From positions 1-58,762 of IMG/VR virus record IMGVR_UViG_3300035070_002022: a stretch of DNA of 58,762 nt; one strand, given 5' to 3'. The notes beneath the pieces are model-generated. The model had not been told where the DNA came from. It searched no databases and saw only the letters and a list, made by a program, of their open reading frames with translations. Position numbers and translations under genes: made by a program. Source of the DNA: a virus (Duplodnaviria > Caudoviricetes). This document shows, piece after piece, positions 35,920 to 48,100 of this stretch (within the stretch, counting starts at the first letter, position 1; every line of letters begins with the position of its first letter).

Positions 35920-36061
35920 ATATAACAAATACTTAGCTAAAAAAGCGTATGGAGAAAGACAAATAAACAAATGGGTTAAATGGTCGTGGAACAACACTGG
36001 CCGTATATCATGGAAAGAGTTAGTAAAAAAACAAAATGAATTTAACATAAAGATTTATTAA
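35906..36061 (+). CDS. Hypothetical protein (51 aa)
   Basis: MEENKYNKYLAKKAYGERQINKWVKWSW...; fills the gap before nrdB. Confidence 0.6.
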   Translation: MEENKYNKYLAKKAYGERQINKWVKWSWNNTGRISWKELVKKQNEFNIKIY

Positions 36062-36063
36062 GA

Positions 36064-37032
36064 ATGGGATTATTTGATGAAAGAATAGCGTATAAACCTT
36101 TTGAGTATCCAGAATACTATACTGAAGGTTGGCTAAAACAAGCGCAGGCTTTTTGGTTACACACTGAAATATCAATGCAAAGCGATATCAAGGATTGGAA
36201 CGAGAAGCTTACTGAAAAAGAAAAGCACCTGGTAGGAAATATACTATTAGGTTTTGCACAAACAGAGTGTGCAGTGTCTGATTACTGGACGCAAAAAGTT
36301 GTAGGCTGGTTTCCAAAACATGAGATACAACAAATGGCTATGATGTTCGGGTCACAAGAGACAATACATGCAGTAGCATATAGTTATTTGAATGAAACAC
36401 TAAAACTAGAAGACTATGAAGCCTTTTTACATGAGCCTGCTACGGCAGATAGATTTGATAACTTGGTGGCATACAGCGGCGATTCTCATGTTGGTATTGC
36501 GAAGTCGCTGGCAGTATTTAGTGCCTTTGCGGAAGGTGTTAGTTTGTATTCTGCTTTTGCTGTCTTGTATTCTTTTCAGTTACGGAATTTACTTAAAGGG
36601 ATAGGACAACAAATGAAATGGTCAGTAAGAGATGAATCATTGCACAGTAAGATGGGATGCAGATTATTTCAACACATGTGTGAAGAAAACAATCAATTAC
36701 TGAATCTTTGTAGAGAAGATATAATAACGGCTGCCGAAACAATGGTTAAGCTAGAAGTAAAGTATATAGATAAAATGTTTGAGATGGGTGATATAGAAGG
36801 TATATCGTCTAATGATCTTAAACACTTCATTAAAAAAAGAGCGAATGAAAAACTTGTGGAACTTGGCTACGTCGACCTGGGCAACTATTTTGCGTATGAC
36901 AAACAAGCAGCGGGTAATTTGGATTGGTTTTATCATCTTACCGGGGGGGTTACTCACACTGACTTTTTTGCGACTAGGCCAACTGATTACTCGAAAGCAA
37001 ACGAGGGAGAAGACTTTGAAGATATTTGGTAA
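36064..37032 (+). CDS. nrdB: Ribonucleotide reductase class I beta subunit
   Basis: FWLHTE, QETIHAVAYS, EGVSLYSAF, RDESLH, TDFF. Confidence 0.95.
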   Translation: MGLFDERIAYKPFEYPEYYTEGWLKQAQAFWLHTEISMQSDIKDWNEKLTEKEKHLVGNILLGFAQTECAVSDYWTQKVVGWFPKHEIQQMAMMFGSQETIHAVAYSYLNETLKLEDYEAFLHEPATADRFDNLVAYSGDSHVGIAKSLAVFSAFAEGVSLYSAFAVLYSFQLRNLLKGIGQQMKWSVRDESLHSKMGCRLFQHMCEENNQLLNLCREDIITAAETMVKLEVKYIDKMFEMGDIEGISSNDLKHFIKKRANEKLVELGYVDLGNYFAYDKQAAGNLDWFYHLTGGVTHTDFFATRPTDYSKANEGEDFEDIW

Positions 37033-37056
37033 TAATAAAATAAATAAATAAATAAT

Positions 37057-38778
37057 ATGTGGAATGAAAATTGGGAAAAAAACAAAGATTACCCTGCGTG
37101 GGGTGATAACGACGTCTACAAGAAGACTATATCCGGGGGATATCTATTCGACGGAGAAACGCCGAAAGAAGCTTACGTACGCGTTGCTAAAACGGTTGCT
37201 CGTAGATTATATAAACCGGAAATGGCCGAAACGTTCTTCCAGTACATCTGGAATGGTTGGCTTTGCCTCGCTTCGCCAGTACTATCTAACACAGGTACTG
37301 ATAGGGGCTTGCCTATTAGTTGCTTTGGGATTGATGTTGCTGATAGTATACAGGACATAGGACAGAAGAATTTAGAAATGATGCTACTCGCTAAGCACGG
37401 CGGTGGAGTTGGTGTCGGAATTAATATGATTAGACCCGCTGGCGCTAAAATTACAGGAAATGGAACATCAGACGGAGTCGTACCTTTTTGCAAAATCTAT
37501 GATAGCACAATCCTCGCTACCAATCAAGGATCTGTCAGAAGAGGAGCTGCGTCCGTTAACATTAATATTGAGCATGACGATTTCGAAGAGTGGTTGGAAA
37601 TTAGAGAGCCTAAAGGGGATGTTAACAGACAGTCGCTTAATCTACATCAGTGCGCAATTATTGGTGATAAGTTTATGCGTAAACTTGAACAAGGAGATGC
37701 AGAAGCAAGGACTAGATGGAGTAAACTACTTAGAAAACGTAAGGCAACTGGAGAGCCGTATATTATGTTTAAAGGAAACGTTAATAAAGCGAATCCACCA
37801 GCATATAAAGATAATGGATTAAAAGTTCACATGACTAATATATGTAGTGAAATAACATTACACACGGATGAAAGCCACAGCTTTGTTTGTTGCTTGTCAT
37901 CATTAAATCTAGCTAAATATGAAGAATGGAAAGACACTAACCTTATATATGACGCCACGCTCTTTCTTGACGGTGTTATGGAAGAATTTATTCAAAAAGC
38001 GAAGGGACTACGTGGTTTCGAAAATGCTGTTCGATCTGCGCAAAAGGGGAGAGCATTGGGCTTGGGAGTACTCGGATGGCATACATATCTCCAAGAGAAA
38101 GGTATTCCTTTCGAAGGCTTATTATCTCAGTTTGAAACTAGGAAAATATTTTCACAGATTAAAATTGAAAGTGAGAGAGCGTCTAGGGATTTGGCTGAGA
38201 TTTATGGCGAACCATTGTGGTGTGCTGGAACAGGTATGCGTAACACTCATCTGCGTGCTGTCGCTCCTACCGTTTCTAATAGTAAATTATCTGGCAATGT
38301 TTCTCCTGGGATAGAACCTTGGGCCGCCAATGTATTTACTGAACAAAGTGCTAAAGGTACTTTCATTAGAAAGAATCCAACGTTAGAAAAAGTATTAACT
38401 AAACATAATTTAAACAATGAAGAAACGTGGAATAAAATACTGGCTGACTATGGTTCAATTCAGAATATTGACGGGCTGGATAATATTACCGTGGGTGATC
38501 ATGACATACCTGCCAAAGAAGTTTTTAAAACATTTAAGGAGATCAATCAGCTGGAACTCGTTGCCCAGGCCGGATTAAGACAACAGTATATAGATCAGTC
38601 CGTTAGTTTAAATTTAGCATTTCCTGCGGTAGCAACCCCTAAATGGCTTAACAAAGTTCATATAGAAGCATGGAAGAAAGGTGTTAAAACTTTATACTAT
38701 ACACGTACTGAATCTGTTTTGCGTGGTGATCTTGCTGCTAAAGCGATGGATGAAGACTGTTTAGCTTGTGATGGCTAA
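37057..38778 (+). CDS. nrdA: Ribonucleotide reductase class I alpha subunit (no ATP cone)
   Basis: SPVLSN, SCF, NICSEI, CCLSSLNL, APTVSNS, TLYY, C-terminal CLACDG. Confidence 0.96.
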   Translation: MWNENWEKNKDYPAWGDNDVYKKTISGGYLFDGETPKEAYVRVAKTVARRLYKPEMAETFFQYIWNGWLCLASPVLSNTGTDRGLPISCFGIDVADSIQDIGQKNLEMMLLAKHGGGVGVGINMIRPAGAKITGNGTSDGVVPFCKIYDSTILATNQGSVRRGAASVNINIEHDDFEEWLEIREPKGDVNRQSLNLHQCAIIGDKFMRKLEQGDAEARTRWSKLLRKRKATGEPYIMFKGNVNKANPPAYKDNGLKVHMTNICSEITLHTDESHSFVCCLSSLNLAKYEEWKDTNLIYDATLFLDGVMEEFIQKAKGLRGFENAVRSAQKGRALGLGVLGWHTYLQEKGIPFEGLLSQFETRKIFSQIKIESERASRDLAEIYGEPLWCAGTGMRNTHLRAVAPTVSNSKLSGNVSPGIEPWAANVFTEQSAKGTFIRKNPTLEKVLTKHNLNNEETWNKILADYGSIQNIDGLDNITVGDHDIPAKEVFKTFKEINQLELVAQAGLRQQYIDQSVSLNLAFPAVATPKWLNKVHIEAWKKGVKTLYYTRTESVLRGDLAAKAMDEDCLACDG

Positions 38779-38851
38779 AGGCTAAAATTTATGACTTTTT
38801 TATACATACAATAACTAATGCGTATAAAAAATTGAATAATCTATACATATC

Positions 38852-38884
38852 AAAAAAGGGCTCTCGTAATGAGGGCCCTTTTTT
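38852..38884. terminator. Bidirectional intrinsic terminator
   Basis: AAAAAAGGGCTCTC-GTAAT-GAGGGCCCTTTTTT between convergent operons. Confidence 0.88.
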
Positions 38885-38924
38885 ATTATAGAATTTTCGA
38901 GGTGTGGTTGCCTGTTGTGTAATT

Positions 38925-39005
38925 CTATTTTGTTCTGTTCTTAAACATCAAGTAATATAAGAACGAGTTCCATTCGTGTTTTAGTTTTGCTATAAGTTTT
39001 TTCAT
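38925..39005 (-). CDS. Micropeptide (26 aa)
   Basis: MKKLIAKLKHEWNSFLYYLMFKNRTK; ATGA overlap. Confidence 0.5.
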   Translation of the reverse strand: MKKLIAKLKHEWNSFLYYLMFKNRTK

Positions 39006-39163
39006 TTTTTGTTTTTGTTTTTAGTTAATAACCACCACTTATGCATGGTATATCCGATACTCACCGCTAGCAGAGTAAGTTTAAGAATCATGTCTATCTG
39101 CGACATTGATATCGCGAGTGTGCCTATGTTTAATAAATAAATTTTCAAATCTGATATAGTCAT
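39002..39163 (-). CDS. Small membrane protein, holin-like (53 aa)
   Basis: MTISDLKIYLLNIGTLAISMSQIDMILKLTLLAVSIGYTMHKWWLLTKNKNKK: two hydrophobic segments and a basic tail. Confidence 0.65.
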   Translation of the reverse strand: MTISDLKIYLLNIGTLAISMSQIDMILKLTLLAVSIGYTMHKWWLLTKNKNKK

Positions 39164-39173
39164 TTTAGGGGAT

Positions 39174-42100
39174 TTATTTTAAAGAATTTTTTCTTTTTTT
39201 ATTTTGTAACTCTATTATTTTAAGTATCCTACTTTCTTCTGAACTTAAACCACGTAATTGAGTTTTAGTTACGCCTGCATTCCATAAAAAATCAACTTGC
39301 TCTGCTTTGCTTAGATCTTTTAAAACCTTCATTCTCGCTTGCATTGCTTTGCTATACTTGTTTTTTTCTTTTTTAGGTTTTTCAATTTTAACAGGCTCAC
39401 CTATTTCTTCTCCTCGGCTAATAGCCTCCATATCCTTGTCAAATTGCTTTTTGTTTTGAATGTCCATTAGCCTATCAATCCTGTCGGCTTCTTTAGTAAG
39501 ACTTTTCAATTCTGTTTTAGTAACACCCGCATTCCATAACATATCTACTTGCTCTTTCTTGCTTAAGTCTTTTAGCGCCTTCCTTCTTTTTTCAGTAGGA
39601 TCAAGCTTGTCATATTCTTTATCCTCTTTAAGCCCCTTGAATCTTTCCTTAGCCTCTTCTCTTTCAGCCTTAGTATCTTCTTCCGACATCAATTGCCACT
39701 TAGGCCAACCTAAAGCAATTAAAGGTTTCATCCATGTTTCAGTTTCATCGCTAGCTATATCAACAGCATCTATAGCCATGCCTTGCGCACGATCCAACGG
39801 CAAACCAGTTAGAGCAGCAACCGTATTCGTAGCAGCTGTAACGTATGGATGCTTTAAGGACATTTCGTCAAACTCTATTTCTTTCTTACCCCATTCAAAA
39901 GCATTACCAACTTTACCCGCTTTGCTTAGCTTACTAGATATAGGCGGAGATATTTTCATCACCTCATCCTTAATTGTTGCTGCTAGGTTTTGATTCCTGG
40001 TTTTTTGACTTCTTTCATAAAGCTTTATAGCTAAATTCTTAGCTACAGATACAACAGCCCCGGCTACACCAATACCCCTTAGTATACCATCGGTCATTGA
40101 GTTAGCCACTTTAATAGCCTTTTTAGTTTTGCTAGCACTTTTAGCTGCAGTGTCTTCTTCGCTTTCGTCTTCGTCGTCTCCCATCATTGCCGCAAACATC
40201 GCTTGCTGTAAAAAGTTAAATACAACGTTCTGAAGAACACCATAATAAACTATTCTGGATAGATGCGTCTTAGCATCTCCTCGGCCATTCTTAAGATCCT
40301 GAGCGGCTCTTTTTATTATCCTAGCATATTGCGACGGCGTGTTAGCAAAAGCTAATATAATGCGCCCTATTGGCTCCGCTTGTTGTTTAGATATCTTACT
40401 TGGATCACTTGACTGCTGAGATACTTCGGCAGTAGCTATGAAATCTTCCATTGCTTGTTTCTCAGCTTGCTCTAACGTATACCCAGTACCATTAATAGTT
40501 TTCTCGTTTAAGTAAGTGTTAACTCTATTTCTATAGAAAGACGCACCCCCTGTTGCAATAGCGGCACTATCCGCCATCTTAGTTGGTATAAATCCTACTT
40601 GCAAAATCTTTGCTAATACACCTTGAAATCCGTTTTCTTTGGCTGTTGTAGCAATATCTGCTTCGTTTACATTGATTTTCAAACCATCTCGCCTGTCAAC
40701 CAGGTAATCGGAATTCATAAGATATACCCAGTCTTTCCAATATTGCGGTTGATTAGCAAACGCTTTACCAGCTTGATAAAGATTATTCCCTTCAAAGTTT
40801 ATAAAGTTAGTAAAAGATATTAGCTGTAGTACAGCGGATCTTCTATTAAGGAACATGATATTACCCACCGCAGCATTTAGCCATCTAACAATACCATCTG
40901 TAACACCGTTATTGGTTGGCGTTGAGTTTCTACCCGTTCGCATTCTTCTTAAAGAATCTTTTAATGCAGTTACATAAGGCTTACCATAAGCAGCTTCTAA
41001 TTTGTTTAAATTAGTAGCTGTGAATATAGCGTCAACGTTCTGCTGCCATACTTCTAGTAATTGCTTTCTGCCGTCGGTGTTCAATGTATTAAGTAAATCC
41101 GACGTTATAGTACCCGCTGGCCAACTTTCTGTAGGAGCTTTTGGATCAACATTTTTGTTAAGACCCAATAACTTGTCCGCAAAAGCTTTCAAATCAGGGT
41201 TGGAATTTACATAGTTAACTAATATAGGCAAATCAACATTAGATAAACCAGGTATGTCAAGCCCCTGCGCATCCCAAGTATACACTCTGATAGCATCTTC
41301 TTTGGTAAACAAGCTTTCCTTCATGTTACCGTTCTCGTCTTCATACTTAAAATTCCTCTTAAGAGTTCTAGGTACAATACCTAGCTCTTTTTTAAGCGCC
41401 TTATAGTTTTTAGCTATAGTTATTCTACCGGTTCTTAAACCTGTAACCGCTTTTCCGTAAGGATCCAACAAATGCTCTTTATAAAAAGCCATAGCTGATT
41501 CACCCTTCTTGCCTTTAGGTAATGTAGTATACAACAAACCTAAGAAATCTTCAGCAGATGGTGGAACAAAGAATTTAAACTTACCTTTTTTAGCACCCTT
41601 TTTAGCTGCTTTAACAGATTGATATTCCTTAAAAGCTTCTATTCCAGATTCTTCTTCAATTATTTCGTTGAATCTTTTACTAAGCTGTAGGCTGCTTTTA
41701 ACTCTCGCTTGTTGCACTTTACTCTTAACATCGAGTACAGACAGAACTTCTTTAACAGCTTTAACGTTGCCTATGTGATCATCCGCAAAGTAAAAATCAT
41801 TGTACCCCTCCGCAAATTTACTAAGCACCCAATTAGCTTTTGCCTGCGGGTCTGAGTTAGCAAGACCAGTAATATTAGCTAACGGAATGTCAAGGCCAAT
41901 ACCTTTAAGAAATTCGTGTATAGCAAGAGCACTGTTAGCGGGTCTAGCGGTTAATATGAATACGTTTTCGTTACCAAATTTTTTGTTTCTAGCCATAGCC
42001 TTTTCAAAAAACGGTCCCTTAGCCCCTTTAACAACCTTGCTAAATTCACTAAAATCAAATTCAGCACCACTGGCCAGCATAGCGTCGCCCTCTTTAGCGA

Positions 42101-45100
42101 ACTGGGCGGCATCGATTTTACCGGTAGTGCCGTCAGGCATTGTATATAACACGTTGCTTTTAGTGGTTGCTAATGTATCATCAAAATCCCAAACGCTAAT
42201 ACCTCTGTTTTCTTGATCTAAGCTATTACCTAAAGCTATTGCTTTATCAAAGTTTTCTGCTTGTTTTATAGACTCATCTATACTAAGTCCATCAACACGT
42301 AAATTTTTAGGTAGCTTAAGACTATTTTTGTTTGCCACTTCTTTTCTTTGAGCAGCGTAGTCTATTACAAATGTACCTTTCTTGTTAATAAGTTTTTTAA
42401 CTTCTTTAGTGTTCATTCTTTCAACGCCCCCTACTTTAGGCAAAACTTTATCAAGTTTTTTAGAAATAACATTCACGTAGGCTTCTTTTAAGAATTTTTC
42501 TAATTTATTTTTAGCTGCTGTAGTGCCTCCTTCATTAATGTACTGCTGATAAGCATCGTATATAAACACAGCTGCTGTCTCATGTTCAAGTATAAACTTA
42601 GTGTCTTGAGGGGACAATCTAATAAACTTACCTAATAAAGAAACTTTACGTATCAAAGCATTCGTACCCAGCTTCATTACTGCTAATTTTTCAGAAGCCC
42701 CTGTTTTGTCACCTGATTTTATTAAAGGATCTATTTCTGAAAGAATGAGCTCTTGCGCTGTTTTAGCATCCTCTTCTAATGTTATACCCGCTGCATTAAC
42801 TTTATTAATATTACCGGTTGTCACTTGCCTTTTAATATAGTCTGTGCCTGTTACTTTTTTTATAGGCTTTTTATTTAATTCTATAAATACATTAGTTTGT
42901 TCTTTTTTTGTTTTAGGATTTATACCGGGTTTTGCGGACAAAGTAAAACCTAATTTATTTAATCCCTTTTTGCCTAGCCCGGTAGTTTTAGCTAATTCAT
43001 TAAATAAATCAGCATTAGTGGTCATATCTAAAAACTTTTCATTTGTAAAAGTTCTTCCGTATATTTTTAAAAAAGATTCAATTTTTTTAATTTTAGCATC
43101 ATCACTGAGTTTTTCTAATGAATCTTTAGATAAGCTAGTCCATATTTTATTCATACCAACATTTTGTAGTATGTTTTTGTACGCGGTGCCATAAGCGTTG
43201 CCTATTGCTTTACTTATTACTTCCGCTAATTCGTTGGCTGTAACTTCGTCAGATTTTTTTAATTGTTCTACATATTCATAAGTAAACGTTCTTGCAGCGT
43301 TTAAGTTAATTTCTTTTAAATCTTTGTAAATAAAATCTACCACATCAGCTAGGCTTGCAACTTTTTTGTCTTGCCAGTTTGGTCCAAACCTTGCATTAAT
43401 TTTATTATTCAAATCGGCTACTAAATCGTTGTTTCCTTCTATAATAAAGTTCTTAGTTAGCGCTTTAGAGTACATGTTAGGGTTTTTACCCATTTCTAAA
43501 TCCATTATAGTCATAGGATCTAAATCGCCTTCCGTCCGGCTTAACTCATTTGTGGTCATTCTACCAAACAAGTTTATTAAACCTAGTAGTGTTTGTCCTT
43601 CTTTATCTCTACCACTAACTTCTGGCTTTTTGACTATAGTCCCGTCTTCGGTTTTTCTAGCGCCTATAGCTTCAAGTACTTCGTCCATCGTAAGCTTTTG
43701 CTCAATTCTTTCCACATTACCTATACCAGTTGTTTTTCTGCTTTCAACTTTATAGGCTAGATTCATTAAGTTTTTAGGTAGACCCGTTGATTTACCAGAA
43801 AATCTTCCCTTACGGCCACTTGCATACTTATAATCCCCCGCACTTGTTTGAGGTAAAAATCTAAATAAAGCCTCGGCTATGGATTCATTAGCTTCTCTTT
43901 TGTAAGAAAAGTCTGGATTGGATGCTCGTTGCTCATTCAGACTATCTTGAAAAGCACCAACCTCATCCAAAGGAACTCTTGCTTCTCTAGTGGTATCACC
44001 TTCCTTTATTGTAAATACCGCTTGCTGTTTAGTAAACGCTTCTACTGCATTGGTATAATCTTGTTTGTTTAAATTTCCTGATCTAGCAGTTAAAGTACCT
44101 TGCGTAACACCAAACATTTCCGAAAGAATATTATTAATAAGGTTAGGTAACTTTTTAAAGTTTTCAACTTTTGTGTTACCTTCGTTCTCTATCCAAAATT
44201 CTTTAACTTGCTGCTTAGCCTGTTCTGTTCTTGTGTCACTGGCTAGCAAAGCTGAAACTTTTCTTAGCGATTGCTCTGTTATAGATTCAATTGCAGTATC
44301 AGAAAACATTTCAGTAGAAGTATCTGCTATTTTAGTTAGAGCATCAGCTCCCCTTGATATCCCTTGTTCTTTGCTTATAACACCTAATCTTTGAGCCAGG
44401 TTTCTAAGACGAAGCCCCCCTCTTTGAAATATAATATCTTCGATGTCATTAATAACCTCCTCCCCAGATCTGTTTATAGTTTCAGGTTTAAACTCATTAA
44501 TGGTAAGGCTTGTTATTTCTGCTTTAGCCGATTGCATAAACTCTTCACGTGTTACTGCAGCTGTTGCATTTTTAGCAATTTTATCGTAATAAAGTTTAGT
44601 AAATAAATTTACTGCTTTGTTTATAGGAGTTTCCAGCGCAGCCGTTATTTCTTTTTCTATTTTGTTAAGAGCAAGCGGTTTATCTACAGCTAATGGTTTG
44701 TTTTTAAGATCAGCTATTCTTTTTTCTCGACTTGTTCTGCTTTCAACTTTATCATCAATAGCTTCAATCGCCGCAATAGCATCGGCGTTTAATTTCTTTT
44801 CTTTAGCTATTAGCTCTTTATTTAGTTTTTGAGCCTCCGCTATCTTAGGCTCTATTTCTTTTTTAACATCCTTATCTAACGAATATTTTCTTTTGGACTT
44901 ATCAGCCTTAGGTCTAACTATTGCCTCCTTAGGAGCTTCCTGAATAGCCCCTGTTGTAGGTGTAGCCTCTGTAGCCGGAGCAGCGAGTGCCGCATCAAGT
45001 GCATCACCAGCTTTTTCCATTTTTTCGTATAAAGCTAAATTGTTTGGATCTTCTGCAGCTTGATCTTGTAAATCAAAGTAAGCTTCTTCCAAAGCCTCAA

Positions 45101-48100
45101 TTGACATAGACGCTTTTGTTTTAGGCTCTTGCTTTTTAGCGGGCTTTTTTGTTTGTACTTTAGGAACAACAGAAGATAATCTTTGTATTTCACTAAAGCT
45201 TAAATCTCCGTTTTTTATTTTAGTACCAATAGACGCGGCAAACGCAGCGAAATCTTCTGCTCCTTTAAAGTTAAAGTTATAGCTATTGGCAGCTATTTCC
45301 TGCATGTTATAGGCTAACGTGCTGGCAAACGTAGTGTTTTCTTTTGATGTTAAGTTTATTTTATTATCACCTATCATTTCAAAAAACGCCATTAATGTTT
45401 CTTCGGCTATCTCCGCTTCTGGCCTATTAGCTTGTTTATAAGGATTTATATTAAGCTGCATCTTAGCATCTAAAGAAGGGCTATTTTGTTTTAACCATAG
45501 CCTAATTTGATTTGCAAAAACAATCATTGATTCAGGATTGTTCTTAAATATTTTTGAAACAATGGGGTGGCCTACCTCATGAATACTTACACTAGTTTTT
45601 CCTTCTTCTAGTTGGCTTTCTACAACAGCAATAGGTATTGTTGTTCCATCTGTCAAGGGAATTGCTACCCCAGCTCCGCCATCCATAATATTTTTTTCAG
45701 CTGCTGCGGAATTTTCAGGCGTTACCTTATCTCCTAGCTCCAGAATAATATACTCTATAGCCTCATCTTTTGTTTTAAAAGACTGAAAATTTTTGTCTAC
45801 TTTTTTAGCAGCAGTATTATTTTCTTCAATGCGTTCTGTATTATAAAGCTTTATAGCTTCATCTATAACAGCTTTGTCTTTGCCGTTTTCTTTACCTGTA
45901 TTTATTTTAGCCTCATTAATTAATCTATCATAAGTATTGCGATCATTAGCTTCTAAAAGATAAAAGTTTTCGCCAAAAGTAGTTTCATCTAAAAAGTTTT
46001 TTCTTGCGTTCATGTGATTTTCAAAATCACCTTCTAACTTAGTAAGCATTTCCCTTTTATTTTCTGGGGTAAGATTAGGGTTATTCACTATATCAGAAGC
46101 TTTTTGTCTAGCCCCGTTAATAAAGTTCATTACGCCTTGAAAGCCTGCGCTTCCTTGTCTATCTATTTTTGTACTTATGTTTTTTTCTAATTTATCAATC
46201 GTAGCTTCATTTACAGCTTGCAACTCTAAAATAGTATTTTCAATATCTTTTCTTGCGGGATCTTTTGCGTCGAGCATAGCCCAATTTTGTTGAAGACGTA
46301 CTATTTGTTTCATTCTACTATCCATAGCTAATTGAGTATCCGATGTAGAATAATACCTTGCTGCCGCTCCTTTAATAAATGGAACTGTAGAAAATGCAAA
46401 CCCAAAACCTAAACTACTTAAAGCTACGTGGTCCGCATTTTCAAATATAGGCCTTCCGTCTATAGCGTTTTCTACAACATTAGTAGCTAATTCACCTGAA
46501 AGCTCTAGTATATTATCACCAACAATAGCCCTTTTCCAGTTTTGAGTTATGTAGTCCTTACTATTAAGCAGAAATTCTTTGCCAAAGCCCGCATTTTTAT
46601 AGGTTTTTATACCTCTTTGTAATATTGGGTTTGTAGTCAATGAAGTAAATACGCCATTTGCTAAACCAAAGCCAATCATTTTAGCGGTTTTTTCAACACC
46701 ACCTGTTTTTTTGCCAGTTATACTGTCTTCGTAAGTTATATCTAAGCCTTTTTGCCCAGCAGTCCAAGCTCCTACAACATAAGGTGCTAAAGTTCCTCCT
46801 GATGCAGTCATAGCTAAAAGCACGGGTGCTTGAGTAGTTATTTCCTGCATTACAAACTTAGAAAAGTTTCCAATACTACTAAAAGCATCGCCTACCGCTA
46901 CGTCTGAAACAAAGCTGGACCTAATGTCATTTGTAGCTGTTTTGTATTTAATTGCTAGTTCGTCAACGGCTATATCCATTGCTTTGCCAGCAGTAGGAAT
47001 AACCGAAGGAGCTGAATATTTAACAAGAGTGTTTGCGGCATATAACAAACCTGTTGCAATATCCGCAACACCTAAGCCAAAACTCGTGGCGTATTTTTCG
47101 GTTAAATTATAATCTAATTGAGCAGCCTCTAATGCAGGCTGTAATTTTTCGTATTGACCACCAAGCTCTGTGCCCCTTTCATATAGTTTGTCTAATGCTG
47201 TTGAGCTAGCATTTAGTAAGGCATTTTCTAATTGTATCTTGCTTAGCTGGTTCTCGGTAATTTTTACACCGGCTTTGGATACTAGCATTTGGCTTCCATC
47301 TTGAACTCCAAGTTTAAGAACAGAGCCATCAGAAAGCATTATATCTGTTTGATTAATTTTTTTACCTTCTAAATAATCCTTAGCAATTCTAACTGAGTTG
47401 GATGTTTTTTCAGCTGTATCTAATTCCGTGCAAAACACTACACTATTTACTTTAGACTCTTTAGATATTTTTGATTGTTTAGTAAACAACCCGCTAAGTA
47501 ATGCGCTTTGTGTTTTCTTTTCAATTCCTGCTTTTAAATAACGAACACTTCCTACAGCATTTGGCCTAGTTGACTCTATAAGATTTTCTGTTTTCTTTTT
47601 AGTTAGCTCAACTCTTTTGTTTGCTATTATATTAGCATAAGCCATTTGAGTACTTTGATCAAAAAGTTCTTCAGGAGATATATCAGGGTTTTCTTTTTGT
47701 ATAATTTCTCTTGCAGCTTGCAATTCGTCTTTATATGGGAACACTGTTTTCTTTACCATAACTCCACCTGTCCTGTTTCCCTGGAACTCTGATACCTCTT
47801 TTGGCTTAAATATAGTAGTAACATCCTCCGGTAGTTCAGCTTTTATAGCCTCGTCTGAAACATAAAGAGGACCACCTGGTTTTGCTAAATTAATAACCGC
47901 GCTAGCTTGCCCCGTTATTTTTGCGGCAGCATTGTAGCTCATATATTTATCACCAAAATCTGATAATATTTTAGCTGTTTCTTTCCCTGGAGTATTTTCA
48001 TTAATTCGCACAGAAGATTTTTCTTGCGTATCAGGGTTCGTGTAAGTTAATATAGCGTTTTTACTTCGATCTTTTGATTGTGTTTGTTGAACACCTTTTT

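Noticed and set aside
42174-42188. DFDD as the catalytic motif of a crAss-type virion RNA polymerase
   Set aside because: It reads DFDDT (DxDxT) with downstream HAD motifs II-IV, not the DxDxD of two-barrel polymerases
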